From IMG/VR virus record IMGVR_UViG_3300032307_000369, positions 1 to 64,000 of that record: 64,000 nt of DNA. The stretch is one strand, 5' to 3'. How positions within the stretch are numbered: position 1 is the first letter of the stretch; every line of letters starts with the position of its first letter. The translations under genes and the position numbers were made by a program. The notes below the pieces were generated by a model. It saw nothing but the letters and a program-made list of their open reading frames with translations. It did no database searches and was not told the origin of the DNA. Shown one piece after another: positions 25,214-34,489 of the stretch.

Positions 25214-26405
25214 TTTTTGCGGCAAGGGTAAAGAAGACGTTGAAAAACTCGTCGTTGGTTCTAACGGATCAATCTGTAATGAGTGTGTGACTCTTTGTGA
25301 TAGAATTTTAAAAGATCAAAAAGGTAAAGTCAAAAACGATCACCTTAATCAATTTAATCCTGTTAGGATAAAAGAATATCTAGATGAATTTATTATAGGT
25401 CAGGATGAGGCTAAAATATCCGTTTGTGTTGGAGTAAGTCAACACTATAAAAGAATTAGCAGTTACACCAGTTATGTTGACTTGGACAAAAGTAATGTAA
25501 TGCTAATGGGTCCAACTGGTTGTGGCAAGACTCTCATGGTAAAGAAAATTGCAGAGTTTATTGATGTACCATTTGCACACTGTGATGCAAATACATTGAC
25601 TGAAGCTGGCTATGTTGGTGACGATGTAGAAACTGTAATACAACAATTATTACTTAGAGCTGATGGTGATGTTGAAGCAGCCTGCCGTGGAATAATTTAT
25701 ATTGATGAAATAGATAAAATAAGTAGAAAGGGCGAATCTAATACTGCTACCAAAGATGTGGGCGGTGAAGGGGTACAACAAAGTCTACTCAAAATGATTG
25801 AAGGTACAGTACTTAAAATTCAGGTGGGCAAAAAACGTGAAGAAGTAGAAATAGACACTAAGAATATTTTGTTTATTGTTGGCGGCAGTTTTGTTGGACT
25901 TGAAAAGATTATCAATGATAGATTAAACAATACTGGAATTGGATTTAATAGTGCATTAAAAAAGACTTCACAAACTAATCTATTTTCTAAAGTAGATCAA
26001 AAGGATTTGATCACTTATGGGTTAATTCCAGAGTTTGTGGGCAGATTTAGTATATTGACCACAGTTGATGATTTGACCAAAGAAGACCTGATTAAGATAT
26101 TAACAGTGCCACGTAATAATTTAATTAATCAGTATAAGTATTTGTTTGATATGGATGGTTTAGAATTAGATTTTGAACCAGAAGCTCTAGAAGCAATTGC
26201 AGATAAAAGTATAGAATCTAAAACGAACGCCCGCGGTCTAAGAAGTACTTTAGAAAAACTATTAATACCTTACCAATTTGAAGCTCAAGAATTGGTCAAG
26301 AAGGGTTTAAAGAAAATACTAATAAGTAAGAACACTGTGATTAAAGGAGAATTACCAATTTTTATGTTTAACCAGAGAAAGAAAGAAAATGCCAAAACAA
26401 TATAA
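25185..26405 (+). CDS. clpX: ATP-dependent Clp protease ATP-binding subunit ClpX
   Basis: C4 Zn domain [46 protein letters not shown] loop. Confidence 0.93.
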   Translation: MSTLKHQNCDFCGKGKEDVEKLVVGSNGSICNECVTLCDRILKDQKGKVKNDHLNQFNPVRIKEYLDEFIIGQDEAKISVCVGVSQHYKRISSYTSYVDLDKSNVMLMGPTGCGKTLMVKKIAEFIDVPFAHCDANTLTEAGYVGDDVETVIQQLLLRADGDVEAACRGIIYIDEIDKISRKGESNTATKDVGGEGVQQSLLKMIEGTVLKIQVGKKREEVEIDTKNILFIVGGSFVGLEKIINDRLNNTGIGFNSALKKTSQTNLFSKVDQKDLITYGLIPEFVGRFSILTTVDDLTKEDLIKILTVPRNNLINQYKYLFDMDGLELDFEPEALEAIADKSIESKTNARGLRSTLEKLLIPYQFEAQELVKKGLKKILISKNTVIKGELPIFMFNQRKKENAKTI

Positions 26406-26637
26406 TTCATCTTCTCGAAATGGTATCAGAGGTAACTCTGTTACAGTTGACGGGGATTTCAATAAAGCACTGAGAAAATTCAAAAAACGTGTAGAAGAAA
26501 GTGGTATCTTAGAAGCCGTAAAGGCAAAGATGTTTTACGAAAAACCAACCACTGAACGCAAACGTGCTAAAGGAGCCGCAAGGGCTCGCTGGCTTAAAAA
26601 AGTCAGAAACGAACAACTTCCTAAAAAACTCTATTGA
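26389..26637 (+). CDS. rpsU: 30S ribosomal protein bS21
   Basis: [16 protein letters not shown]......[11 protein letters not shown]. Confidence 0.92.
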   Translation: MPKQYNSSSRNGIRGNSVTVDGDFNKALRKFKKRVEESGILEAVKAKMFYEKPTTERKRAKGAARARWLKKVRNEQLPKKLY

Positions 26638-26662
26638 CATAACACCATAGTTTTGTTATAAT
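26634..26662 (+). promoter_or_regulatory. sigma70 promoter, predicted leaderless transcript
   Basis: TTGACA-N17-TATAAT with extended TG; ATG 8 nt after the -10. Confidence 0.75.
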
Positions 26663-26669
26663 ATGTATT

Positions 26670-27209
26670 ATGGCAAAACATTTAATGGTAGATTTGGAAA
26701 CAATGGCGACTGGGCCTGACTCAGTTATTTTAACAATCGGTGCTGTTAAGTTTGACCCTTGGGGTCCAAACGTAGATCGTAGCACACACAATATTTTTTA
26801 TCGAAGAGTTGACACACAAACTTGTGAAGACTTGGGCATGAAAATTGATCCTGGAACTTTAGACTGGTGGAGTAAGCAGGCACCAGAAATTATTGACGAA
26901 GCTTTCAGTCCAGACAACCGTATTCATATTGAACAAGTAATAGAAGAGTTTCATAAGTTTGCTTGGGGCTGTGATTGCTTTTGGAGTCACGGCGCAATTT
27001 TTGACATTGTGATTTTAGAAGAATATTATCGCAAGCTCAAACGAGCACTTCCATGGAACTTTTGGCAAATACGTGACACACGCACAATCTTTGATTTAGG
27101 ATATGACCCTGAGATGCCCAAGGACGCAAAACACAATGCGTTAGAAGATGCATACCGACAAGCAGTAGGTGTGCAAAATATGTACAAGAAAGTGGCTAGG
27201 CAAAAATGA
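26670..27209 (+). CDS. 3'-5' exonuclease (DEDDh, Rv2179c/DUF5051-like)
   Basis: MVDLETM, IGAVKF, WSHGAIFD, RDTRT, HNALEDA. Confidence 0.85.
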   Translation: MAKHLMVDLETMATGPDSVILTIGAVKFDPWGPNVDRSTHNIFYRRVDTQTCEDLGMKIDPGTLDWWSKQAPEIIDEAFSPDNRIHIEQVIEEFHKFAWGCDCFWSHGAIFDIVILEEYYRKLKRALPWNFWQIRDTRTIFDLGYDPEMPKDAKHNALEDAYRQAVGVQNMYKKVARQK

Positions 27210-27397
27210 ACGAACGAATTAAAGAACTTTGGGATGAAGCAGCCAAACTTGAATCTGATCCTTCTTGGCAAGGGCAGACTAAGTTTATGGAAAAGTTCGC
27301 CGAGTTGATTATTAGAGAATGTGCCAACGTTGCCGCCGAGCATAGTGCATTGGACATTTATGAAGAAATTAGAGAACATTTTGGAGTTGAAGAATGA
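27206..27397 (+). CDS. Hypothetical phage protein
   Basis: EKFAELIIRECA motif; coupled starts. Confidence 0.6.
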   Translation: MNERIKELWDEAAKLESDPSWQGQTKFMEKFAELIIRECANVAAEHSALDIYEEIREHFGVEE

Positions 27398-27576
27398 GTG
27401 AAGAATTTGATAAAGCAATGGCAGAATTTTTAGCCAATGGCGGAGTTATACAAAAAGGCGAGTATCGAGAAAGCGGTCGTGTTGAGGGAGCCGAACGATC
27501 AAACTCTTGGGGTACTAAAAAAGCTGGCAGACCTCCTGCCACAGCAGTTGTTGAAATTGATGAGGAAGAAGAATGA
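27394..27576 (+). CDS. Hypothetical phage protein
   Basis: [10 protein letters not shown] motif; coupled starts. Confidence 0.6.
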   Translation: MSEEFDKAMAEFLANGGVIQKGEYRESGRVEGAERSNSWGTKKAGRPPATAVVEIDEEEE

Positions 27577-28595
27577 GAATTGAAGACGAAGTCAAACTTG
27601 ATTTTAAAGATGTTTTAATTCGTCCTAAACGAAGTACTCTAAGTAGCCGTAAAGAAGTTGATTTAAAAAGAACATATACTTTTAAACACAGTAAGGCAAC
27701 TTGGTCAGGCATTCCAATTATGGCAAGTAATATGGATGGCGTTGGCACATTTGAAATGGCAACAGCATTACAAAAAGATCTTTTGTTCACATGTCTTGTA
27801 AAAAGTTATAATAGTGATATTGAAAAATGGAAGGATGCACTTGCATTAGATCCAGAAAATATTGCAGTAAGTACTGGTGTTGGTGAAAAGGATTTTGAAA
27901 GATTGAAATATATACTAACAGCAGTCAATAGCATTAAATTTATTTGTATTGACGTAGCAAATGGGTATGGTGAATATTTTGGCGATTATGTTTCTAAAGT
28001 AAGAGCCGAATTTCCTAATCATACAATTATCGCCGGTAATGTGGTTACCGCAGACATGACACAGGAGTTAATTTTACGTGGCGCAGACATTGTTAAAGTG
28101 GGCATTGGCCCTGGTAGCGTTTGTACTACTCGCGTCCAAACTGGTGTGGGCTACCCTCAGCTTAGTGCAATTATTGAATGTGCCGATGCCGCTCACGGTC
28201 TTGGTGCTCATATTATTGCTGATGGTGGATGTGTTTGTCCTGGTGATGTTGCTAAGGCTTTCGGCGCTGGTGCGGACTTTGTGATGCTAGGCGGCATGCT
28301 GGCAGGACACGACGAAGGCGGCGGCGAAGTCAAAGATGGCAAAGTCACTTTCTACGGAATGAGTTCAGATACGGCTATGAATAAGCATAGTGGTGGTGTT
28401 GCTAGTTATCGAAGTTCAGAAGGACGTACTGTAACAGTGCCGCATCGAGGTTCTGTTGAAAATACAGTATTGGATTTGCTTGGTGGACTTAGAAGTACAT
28501 GTACTTACGTTGGAGCACCATCGCTAAAACAGTTGTCAAAGTGTACTACGTTTATCAAAGTGTCTAGACAAATAAATGATGTTTTTGTAAAATAG
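27573..28595 (+). CDS. guaC: GMP reductase
   Basis: [52 protein letters not shown]. Confidence 0.95.
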   Translation: MRIEDEVKLDFKDVLIRPKRSTLSSRKEVDLKRTYTFKHSKATWSGIPIMASNMDGVGTFEMATALQKDLLFTCLVKSYNSDIEKWKDALALDPENIAVSTGVGEKDFERLKYILTAVNSIKFICIDVANGYGEYFGDYVSKVRAEFPNHTIIAGNVVTADMTQELILRGADIVKVGIGPGSVCTTRVQTGVGYPQLSAIIECADAAHGLGAHIIADGGCVCPGDVAKAFGAGADFVMLGGMLAGHDEGGGEVKDGKVTFYGMSSDTAMNKHSGGVASYRSSEGRTVTVPHRGSVENTVLDLLGGLRSTCTYVGAPSLKQLSKCTTFIKVSRQINDVFVK

Positions 28596-28620
28596 CATAT
28601 AATCAACTAAGGAACATATT

Positions 28621-29136
28621 GTGATTACTCTTAAAGAATTTATGGAAATTTGTAACTACCGCATTACTGAAGGTAGTGACTATCAATGGGAATGTTATGG
28701 ACCAAATGCATACACACTAGATAGCTGGAATGGTGATCAAGATGGTCACAGTTTCAGCATTTACTTTGATACCAAAACACAAGAAGTTTATGAAGTACAA
28801 ATTCACGACTATCGTAATCAACGTGCTTATCGTATGATCAATCCTGAGTTTGTTAAAAAGCATAAAAAAGAAGCTAAACGTCGTGCAGTAGAATACAAAG
28901 AAGCATGGGATAATGTTGACTATGTGGATTTGGAAGTTGATGACGATTGGATTCAAAAAGCTCTAGCAGTTGAAGCAGGAGAAGTTTATGACACCCGTGT
29001 GTCAGTACCACTAGTACTAGATCGTGACCAAATGTATGATCTAATGACCATGGCTCATGAACGAGATATAACATTGAATGAACTAGTTGAATTTGTATTA
29101 AGAGAAGAAATCAAAAGGATTGAAAATGGACTATAA
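28621..29136 (+). CDS. Hypothetical phage protein
   Basis: GTG start with SD AAGGA. Confidence 0.7.
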   Translation: MITLKEFMEICNYRITEGSDYQWECYGPNAYTLDSWNGDQDGHSFSIYFDTKTQEVYEVQIHDYRNQRAYRMINPEFVKKHKKEAKRRAVEYKEAWDNVDYVDLEVDDDWIQKALAVEAGEVYDTRVSVPLVLDRDQMYDLMTMAHERDITLNELVEFVLREEIKRIENGL

Positions 29137-29416
29137 ACCAGGTGTTGGGAAAGTTTTAGTAAGACTAGTGGATGCAGAAAAAACAACCGCTGGCGGACTT
29201 ATTATTGCACAGACTGCCGTCGAACAAACAAATCAAGCAACGGTAATCGCTGTAGGTAAAGGCAAAACGTCAGATGCAGGAGTAGTTTTTGACATTCCTG
29301 TTAATGTAAATGACCTAGTAATGTTCAGTAAGGGTGCTGGTGTTGTGATTGCAATTGACGGTGAAGAAATGCTAGTTCTCAGAGAAGAAGATATCTTTGC
29401 CGTTTTGGAGGAATAA
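29120..29416 (+). CDS. groES: Co-chaperonin GroES
   Basis: KTTAGGLII, VIAVGKG, V.V.D.V.F.K.AG, LVLRE.DI.AV. Confidence 0.9.
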   Translation: MKMDYKPGVGKVLVRLVDAEKTTAGGLIIAQTAVEQTNQATVIAVGKGKTSDAGVVFDIPVNVNDLVMFSKGAGVVIAIDGEEMLVLREEDIFAVLEE

Positions 29417-29418
29417 TT

Positions 29419-29679
29419 GTGGCATATAATTTTAATTTTGATGTCAGCGCACAAATTTCTGCCAAGACTGTAGAAGACATGATTAAAAAAGTCGTTGAAG
29501 AACAGACTGGAAAAAAGGCTGCACGAGTTGAACTTAAGATGCGTAGCGTGACAAAAGGTATGGGTCCTTCAGAACATACAGAAACTGTATTTGATGGTGC
29601 AACAGTATATTTTGAAAATGAAAAAATTGAAACTATTTTTAACGGAAACAAATCATTTAAAAAGGACACATACGAATAA
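29419..29679 (+). CDS. Hypothetical protein
   Basis: SD GGAGG, GTG start. Confidence 0.6.
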   Translation: MAYNFNFDVSAQISAKTVEDMIKKVVEEQTGKKAARVELKMRSVTKGMGPSEHTETVFDGATVYFENEKIETIFNGNKSFKKDTYE

Positions 29680-30632
29680 TGGCTACCTTAGAACAAAAAC
29701 AAGAGTTAATCGATACACTTAAATTTACTCCACGCACGGTTAACATTCAAATTTATGCTTATGGCGGCGAATGTTATATGGGCAAAGTAGATAGAAAAAT
29801 CTATGACTACTTTAAAGAACATAAAATTGACATGGACCAATATGCTAGTGATTGGGACAGCACTTTTGATTTTGTTCCCGAGGAGTTGCGTCCCTTCCCT
29901 CCAGGCAGTCCGTACGAATGCGATAGTCTTTGTCATGCCAGTGGTCCAGAAGTAAGCGACAATAACTATATTGAAATTACAGACGAAAACGGTGATAAAA
30001 TTTGGCAGAGCTCATTTGGACTCAATGAACTAGAAGATGCCGGTGTTGAAGTTGACGAATGGGAAACTGCTATCATTGACGACTTAGATGATGGTACCGT
30101 TGTGTTTTGGGGTGGACAAGGTGAAAAAGGCACTTGCTTTGGTAGTAGTTTTGAACTCCGTGCGCCATTTGATCCTAAGAAGCTAAGGATCAGTTATAGC
30201 AACTGTGATGGCTGGTGGATATGTAACGGCGTTAGTTACGATGACGAAGACCTTGATAATGACGACCTAAGCACCACTGGCAAGTGGGGTGAGAACAAAT
30301 GGGTCATTGTTGGAGGCGAAGAAGTTTATGAAGGCGTTGAACGTGATGAGGATGGAGAACTCCCCTCAATTCAAGAACTAGAAGAAGATAGTGAAGAATG
30401 GGATCCTGCCGCAGAACTTGACAAGATCACAGAAGACATGATGACCGAGTGGTATGATAAAGATACTAAGCCTGCACACAAAGGCAATTACGAAGTTATG
30501 ATTGATGCTCCTTGGCCTAATGGTGGTTTAGGTCGAGCAGAGTGGTCTGGTCGTGGTTGGAAGCAAGATGGAAAGAAAGTGGCCATACATCAATGGCGCG
30601 GTTTAAAATTTAATCCTAACGAGATAGTCTAA
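29679..30632 (+). CDS. Acidic hypothetical phage protein
   Basis: Long ORF. Confidence 0.7.
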   Translation: MATLEQKQELIDTLKFTPRTVNIQIYAYGGECYMGKVDRKIYDYFKEHKIDMDQYASDWDSTFDFVPEELRPFPPGSPYECDSLCHASGPEVSDNNYIEITDENGDKIWQSSFGLNELEDAGVEVDEWETAIIDDLDDGTVVFWGGQGEKGTCFGSSFELRAPFDPKKLRISYSNCDGWWICNGVSYDDEDLDNDDLSTTGKWGENKWVIVGGEEVYEGVERDEDGELPSIQELEEDSEEWDPAAELDKITEDMMTEWYDKDTKPAHKGNYEVMIDAPWPNGGLGRAEWSGRGWKQDGKKVAIHQWRGLKFNPNEIV

Positions 30633-30796
30633 TGTTAAACTTACGTCAAATGATGATTGAATATATTTGTTTTGCTTTTGAAGAACAAGAGCTTATGACA
30701 AAATTTCATGTGAGTGAATCTGAGCTGTCAAACTTATGTGATATTGACTTGTTAGAAATTTATGATCAAACCCTACTCACACCAATTCAAGACTAA
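30632..30796 (+). CDS. 54-aa hypothetical protein (MLNLRQMMIEYICFAFEE...)
   Basis: TAATG-coupled start; translated by hand. Confidence 0.55.
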   Translation: MLNLRQMMIEYICFAFEEQELMTKFHVSESELSNLCDIDLLEIYDQTLLTPIQD

Positions 30797-31016
30797 GGAA
30801 GAAGCTGAAGCTTTTATTAGAAAAATCATGGGGCCACCAAAAAGGCAGCTTGAGGGTAAAGAGCACGATCAAGTTTGGCTAATGCTACAACTGGCTGAAC
30901 CAGTTCAAGAAACTAACAATCAACATAGTTGGTGTGCTGAATATAACATAGGTGGAAAGAAATATGATGTACATTTCTTTCCAAATGAAGATCCGTTTAT
31001 AGAAGAGTATCTATAA
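30762..31016 (+). CDS. Hypothetical protein
   Basis: ORF; start uncertain. Confidence 0.55.
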   Translation: MIKPYSHQFKTKEEAEAFIRKIMGPPKRQLEGKEHDQVWLMLQLAEPVQETNNQHSWCAEYNIGGKKYDVHFFPNEDPFIEEYL

Positions 31017-31019
31017 ATA
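31012..31019 (+). promoter_or_regulatory. T4-like late promoter TATAAATA
   Basis: Exact match, followed by a 5' hairpin. Confidence 0.6.
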
Positions 31020-31094
31020 AAATTGTGGATGGTCCACAACTAACACTCTTTAAATGATAGGTACTTAGAGTGTGTACCGTAAAAAGGAAGAAAA

Positions 31095-31931
31095 ATGATG
31101 TATAATCAAAAACTCGTTGCGAGTATAAAAGCTAACGGAAAAGTCCTACGTGAATTCAAGGACACGGTCTATATTCCATTTGGCAGCGAATATAGCTTCT
31201 TAATCAAAAATCTCAATACAACTCGTGCTGTGGTAAATGTGTTTATCGACGGAGAGAATGTCGTTCCTGGCGGATTGGTCATAGACCCGGGTCGGACTGT
31301 CGACTTAGAGCGTTGGATTAAAAACGGCAATCTCTCCGAAGGTAACAAGTTCAAGTTTATTGAACGCACCACTGCCATTGAAGATGGTCCGCGTGGTATC
31401 AAACTAGAAGACGGTTTAGTGCGTATTGAATATCAGTTTGAAATTCCAAGACCTGTTATTAACACCAGCTGGCTTAGTGCTAGCGGGTCATCAGGTTTTC
31501 CAAACTCAGCAACTTACAGTTCAACAAGTTACAATGTTAACGGTGTGATGCGTAGTGTGGACTTTAGCAAAGGTGAAAATATGAAAGCCTCTGCTACCAG
31601 TGCTATGAACTCTACATTACAAAGTATGGGCATCAGTGCTAGTGCTAGTGAATTACATGACGGTATGGCCACTATGGATTGGAATGATGTAGGAATTACT
31701 GTCCCAGGTAGCAAGAGTGAACAAAAGTTTCAAACTACTACTGTTGGTGTACTAGATCCTACAATACACAACATTGTATTGAAATTGGTTGGCGACTTGG
31801 GCAACAATAAGCCGGTCACTAAACCAGTCACAGTTGCTCACAAACCAAAGTGTGTGACATGCGGAAAACAAAATCGAGCTCATGCTAAATTTTGCGTAGA
31901 GTGTGGAACAGCATTGGAAATTTTCGCATAA
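31095..31931 (+). CDS. Hypothetical protein with C-terminal double zinc ribbon
   Basis: CVTCG...FCVECG. Confidence 0.75.
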   Translation: MMYNQKLVASIKANGKVLREFKDTVYIPFGSEYSFLIKNLNTTRAVVNVFIDGENVVPGGLVIDPGRTVDLERWIKNGNLSEGNKFKFIERTTAIEDGPRGIKLEDGLVRIEYQFEIPRPVINTSWLSASGSSGFPNSATYSSTSYNVNGVMRSVDFSKGENMKASATSAMNSTLQSMGISASASELHDGMATMDWNDVGITVPGSKSEQKFQTTTVGVLDPTIHNIVLKLVGDLGNNKPVTKPVTVAHKPKCVTCGKQNRAHAKFCVECGTALEIFA

Positions 31932-31940
31932 GGTAGTAAC

Positions 31941-32180
31941 ATGGCAAGTCTAGCTGAATATTTTGCAAACAAAGATCATTATAAGCCTAAGTGGGAATAC
32001 GGTACCCGTGTGTTTGGTTATTGGAATAAAATTCCGTTTGTAGGCATGATCGTTGCTGACAGAGAAAAGGATCACATCCTAGTTCATGCAGACTTGCCAA
32101 TTAAATTTGATGACAAGTTACACAATGTCATAGTGGTTAAACATAGAGACATCAAATCTAAATTGCAGTCTCTTTTGTAA
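31941..32180 (+). CDS. Hypothetical protein (SH3/Tudor-like beta fold possible)
   Basis: SD AAGG; G.RVFG.W..IPFVG pattern. Confidence 0.6.
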   Translation: MASLAEYFANKDHYKPKWEYGTRVFGYWNKIPFVGMIVADREKDHILVHADLPIKFDDKLHNVIVVKHRDIKSKLQSLL

Positions 32181-32227
32181 CCATAAATAGATTGTTGGAT
32201 TTCTTCCAACATTTTTAAGGAGAAGCA

Positions 32228-33265
32228 ATGGACTTTGTATTAAACGTTCTTTTAAAGAACATATCATACCTATGGATGATATTCTTCATTATGATCTCAG
32301 CTGGACTAGCAAAAGAGTATCAACTCTTCGCCCCGGCTTTTGCCTATGTAAGAAATGTATTCCGTAGCAACAGGTTCGTTCTAGTTATCCTTAGTGCGAT
32401 TGGGGGTATTCTCCCCATAGAGGGCCGGGTCACAGTGTCAGCAGGCTTGCTTGACACTGTTGCTCCAAAAGATGGTCCAGGTCGTGAAAAGATGGGTATT
32501 ATTGATTATATGGCAACGCACCACTATTATATGTGGTCGCCGTTGGAAAAATCAGTAGTCATTCCTATTGCGGCTTTTGGTCTGTCTTATGCGGCATGGA
32601 TCGGCATGATAGCTCCAGTTTTAATTGCTAGTATTTTATTCATTGGTTGGTACATTTGGTACAAGACCAAAGAAGACGATCTAGTAATTGTTCCTGGAAA
32701 TTTTAAACTAAGTCAAGTAATGCGCAGTAGCGTTCCTATGTTTGTGGCCATTGGCGCTTACATATGGAGTGACAACTTCATTGCCTGTTTTGGTTTATTA
32801 TCGCTCTACTATGTTATCATAACTCAACAATGGAATCTAAAGAAACTTTTAGGTTATGTTAATTGGGAAGTGATTGCTACAGTAGCAGTGGTCATCGTAC
32901 TAGGAAACTATTTTAAATCCGAAGAAGCATATTTTACTGAACTGATTAAGGGAACAGCTATTGATCCTGCAACATTAATTGGTATGGTAATTATTAGTGC
33001 TCTAGGATTTTTTGGCAGTTTTGCTATGGGCAGTAGCAGTAAGTTTATAGCGTTGGCTGTATTGATGGCTCAAATCTTTGGAGTTGAGTACTTCTTATGG
33101 TTCTTCGTGGTTGACTATGCTGGTTACTTGTTAAGCCCAACTCATAAATGTGTAATGATTGGTAACCGATATTTTGGTACACCGTTAAAAACATATTATG
33201 CCGCATTAGGGGCATGGGTTGGTATCATGGCCGTAACAGCTGGGACGATCGTGTTTATTATCTAA
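32228..33265 (+). CDS. Polytopic membrane transporter, DUF401-like (ion transporter superfamily)
   Basis: About 10 TM segments; GGILPIEG, THHYYMWSPL and GYLLSPTHKC recall DUF401 motifs. Confidence 0.65.
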   Translation: MDFVLNVLLKNISYLWMIFFIMISAGLAKEYQLFAPAFAYVRNVFRSNRFVLVILSAIGGILPIEGRVTVSAGLLDTVAPKDGPGREKMGIIDYMATHHYYMWSPLEKSVVIPIAAFGLSYAAWIGMIAPVLIASILFIGWYIWYKTKEDDLVIVPGNFKLSQVMRSSVPMFVAIGAYIWSDNFIACFGLLSLYYVIITQQWNLKKLLGYVNWEVIATVAVVIVLGNYFKSEEAYFTELIKGTAIDPATLIGMVIISALGFFGSFAMGSSSKFIALAVLMAQIFGVEYFLWFFVVDYAGYLLSPTHKCVMIGNRYFGTPLKTYYAALGAWVGIMAVTAGTIVFII

Positions 33266-33269
33266 ACAC

Positions 33270-33297
33270 AAGAGGGGCAGTAAGCCCCTCTTCTTAA
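33270..33297 (+). terminator. Intrinsic terminator
   Basis: AAGAGGGGC-agtaa-GCCCCTCTT then CTTAATT. Confidence 0.65.
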
Positions 33298-33307
33298 TTA
33301 AAAATAT

Positions 33308-33352
33308 CGACTAGTATAACTAGTCGCTTGAGAATCGGAAGACGGCTCTCAA
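33308..33352 (+). promoter_or_regulatory. 8-3-8 palindrome plus 5' UTR hairpin upstream of the barrel gene
   Basis: CGACTAGT-ata-ACTAGTCG, then TTGAGA..TCG-gaaga-CGG..TCTCAA. Confidence 0.45.
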
Positions 33353-33374
33353 CTTAAATCCAAAAGGTGATTAT

Positions 33375-34268
33375 ATGAAACAAATAGCAATATTAGCTAT
33401 ACTATTGGCATCTACATCAATAGCTATGGCGCAGAGTAGAATTGGCACTATTGCCGATGAAGTAGTAAAAGAAACATCAACAAAGCAAAATCTTCCAGAT
33501 CTTTCTGGAGAGTCACAAACACTGCCACCAGTAGTAGTCACAGCAGAAAAAATAAATCAGTTTGATCGAGTTGGTCCATACAATCAGCCAGTATGGACTA
33601 CTACTAGAATGTTCCCTAGTACTAGAACTTATGTTATGACTCCGCCAGGTACAGTTATGTACGAAAAATGGTTTGACTTTAGAAATAGACGTAATGGTCC
33701 AACTCAGATTCGTATGCGTGATGAATTGGCTTTTGGTCTAGGAAATAGATTAGAACTAGACCTATACGCACACACAGTTTATGATGGACCGTCAGAACAG
33801 AAAGAATTCAACTGGCGTGGCTTTAGTTGGGAGATACGATATGCTCTAGCTGATTGGGGCAAAATACCTGGTAACCCTACGCTGTACTTTGAACATAAGT
33901 TAATTAACGGTCGTCAAGGAATTGAACCTAAACTTTTACTAGGGGACAGAATTGGTGAAACGGATTATATTTGGAGTGCCAACTTTATATATGAAGCTAA
34001 CCTTGCCAAAGCCAATGCTGACAAAGAACGAGAGTACGCCGCTACATTTAGTTTAGGCAAGATTATTGATAATGATCTTATGCTTGGATTCTCGTCTATG
34101 TATCGCTATCATAACTATGATCAAAACATTGAAGAGCTTTATGCTGGTCCGGTAGTAAATTGGCGGATCAGTAAACAGGCTAGACTTAGTTTTGAACACA
34201 TGCCTAGAATTAGAAGTGATGGATACAACGACAGCAGAAGTTTGTTTATTTTTGGATGGACTCTTTAA
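33375..34268 (+). CDS. Outer-membrane beta-barrel protein with TonB-box-like segment
   Basis: Signal peptide, TLPPVVVTAE, alternating amphipathic strands, C-terminal FIFGWTL. Confidence 0.6.
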   Translation: MKQIAILAILLASTSIAMAQSRIGTIADEVVKETSTKQNLPDLSGESQTLPPVVVTAEKINQFDRVGPYNQPVWTTTRMFPSTRTYVMTPPGTVMYEKWFDFRNRRNGPTQIRMRDELAFGLGNRLELDLYAHTVYDGPSEQKEFNWRGFSWEIRYALADWGKIPGNPTLYFEHKLINGRQGIEPKLLLGDRIGETDYIWSANFIYEANLAKANADKEREYAATFSLGKIIDNDLMLGFSSMYRYHNYDQNIEELYAGPVVNWRISKQARLSFEHMPRIRSDGYNDSRSLFIFGWTL

Positions 34269-34290
34269 TATCAAAAAATCCTATTTGCTA

Positions 34291-34319
34291 TTGACTTAGG
34301 AAATAAATAGTATTATACT
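34291..34319 (+). promoter_or_regulatory. sigma70 promoter with -35 as the loop of an inverted repeat
   Basis: TTGACT-N17-TATACT; TATTTGCTA/TAGGAAATA flanks. Confidence 0.65.
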
Positions 34320-34368
34320 ATACTATTATAACAGTATCAGAGCATAGCTCTTATTATATTATTAAAGC

Positions 34369-34395
34369 AGTGGGGGAGAAATCCCCCACTTTACA
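34369..34395 (+). terminator. GC-rich GAAA hairpin, possible terminator
   Basis: AGTGGGGGA-GAAA-TCCCCCACT-TTAC. Confidence 0.5.
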
Positions 34396-34404
34396 AATAT
34401 AGAT

Positions 34405-34412
34405 TATAAATA
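34405..34412 (+). promoter_or_regulatory. T4-like late promoter TATAAATA upstream of dnaK
   Basis: Exact match. Confidence 0.6.
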
Positions 34413-34489
34413 ATTGCGTTACTGATGCACCTAATGGGCACAGTAAAAAGGGCAAAGCCCAAACAGATCTTACTTTAAAAGGAGATAAA

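Noticed and set aside
28621-28650. MITLKEFME as a third capsid-targeting N-terminus
   Set aside because: It has a GTG start with an SD and no adjacent late promoter; the similarity may be chance.
33308-33352. Known riboswitch (cobalamin, NiCo, yybP, fluoride) or Fur/Zur box upstream of the barrel gene
   Set aside because: None of the consensus elements is recognisable. Kept only as an unassigned palindrome and hairpin.
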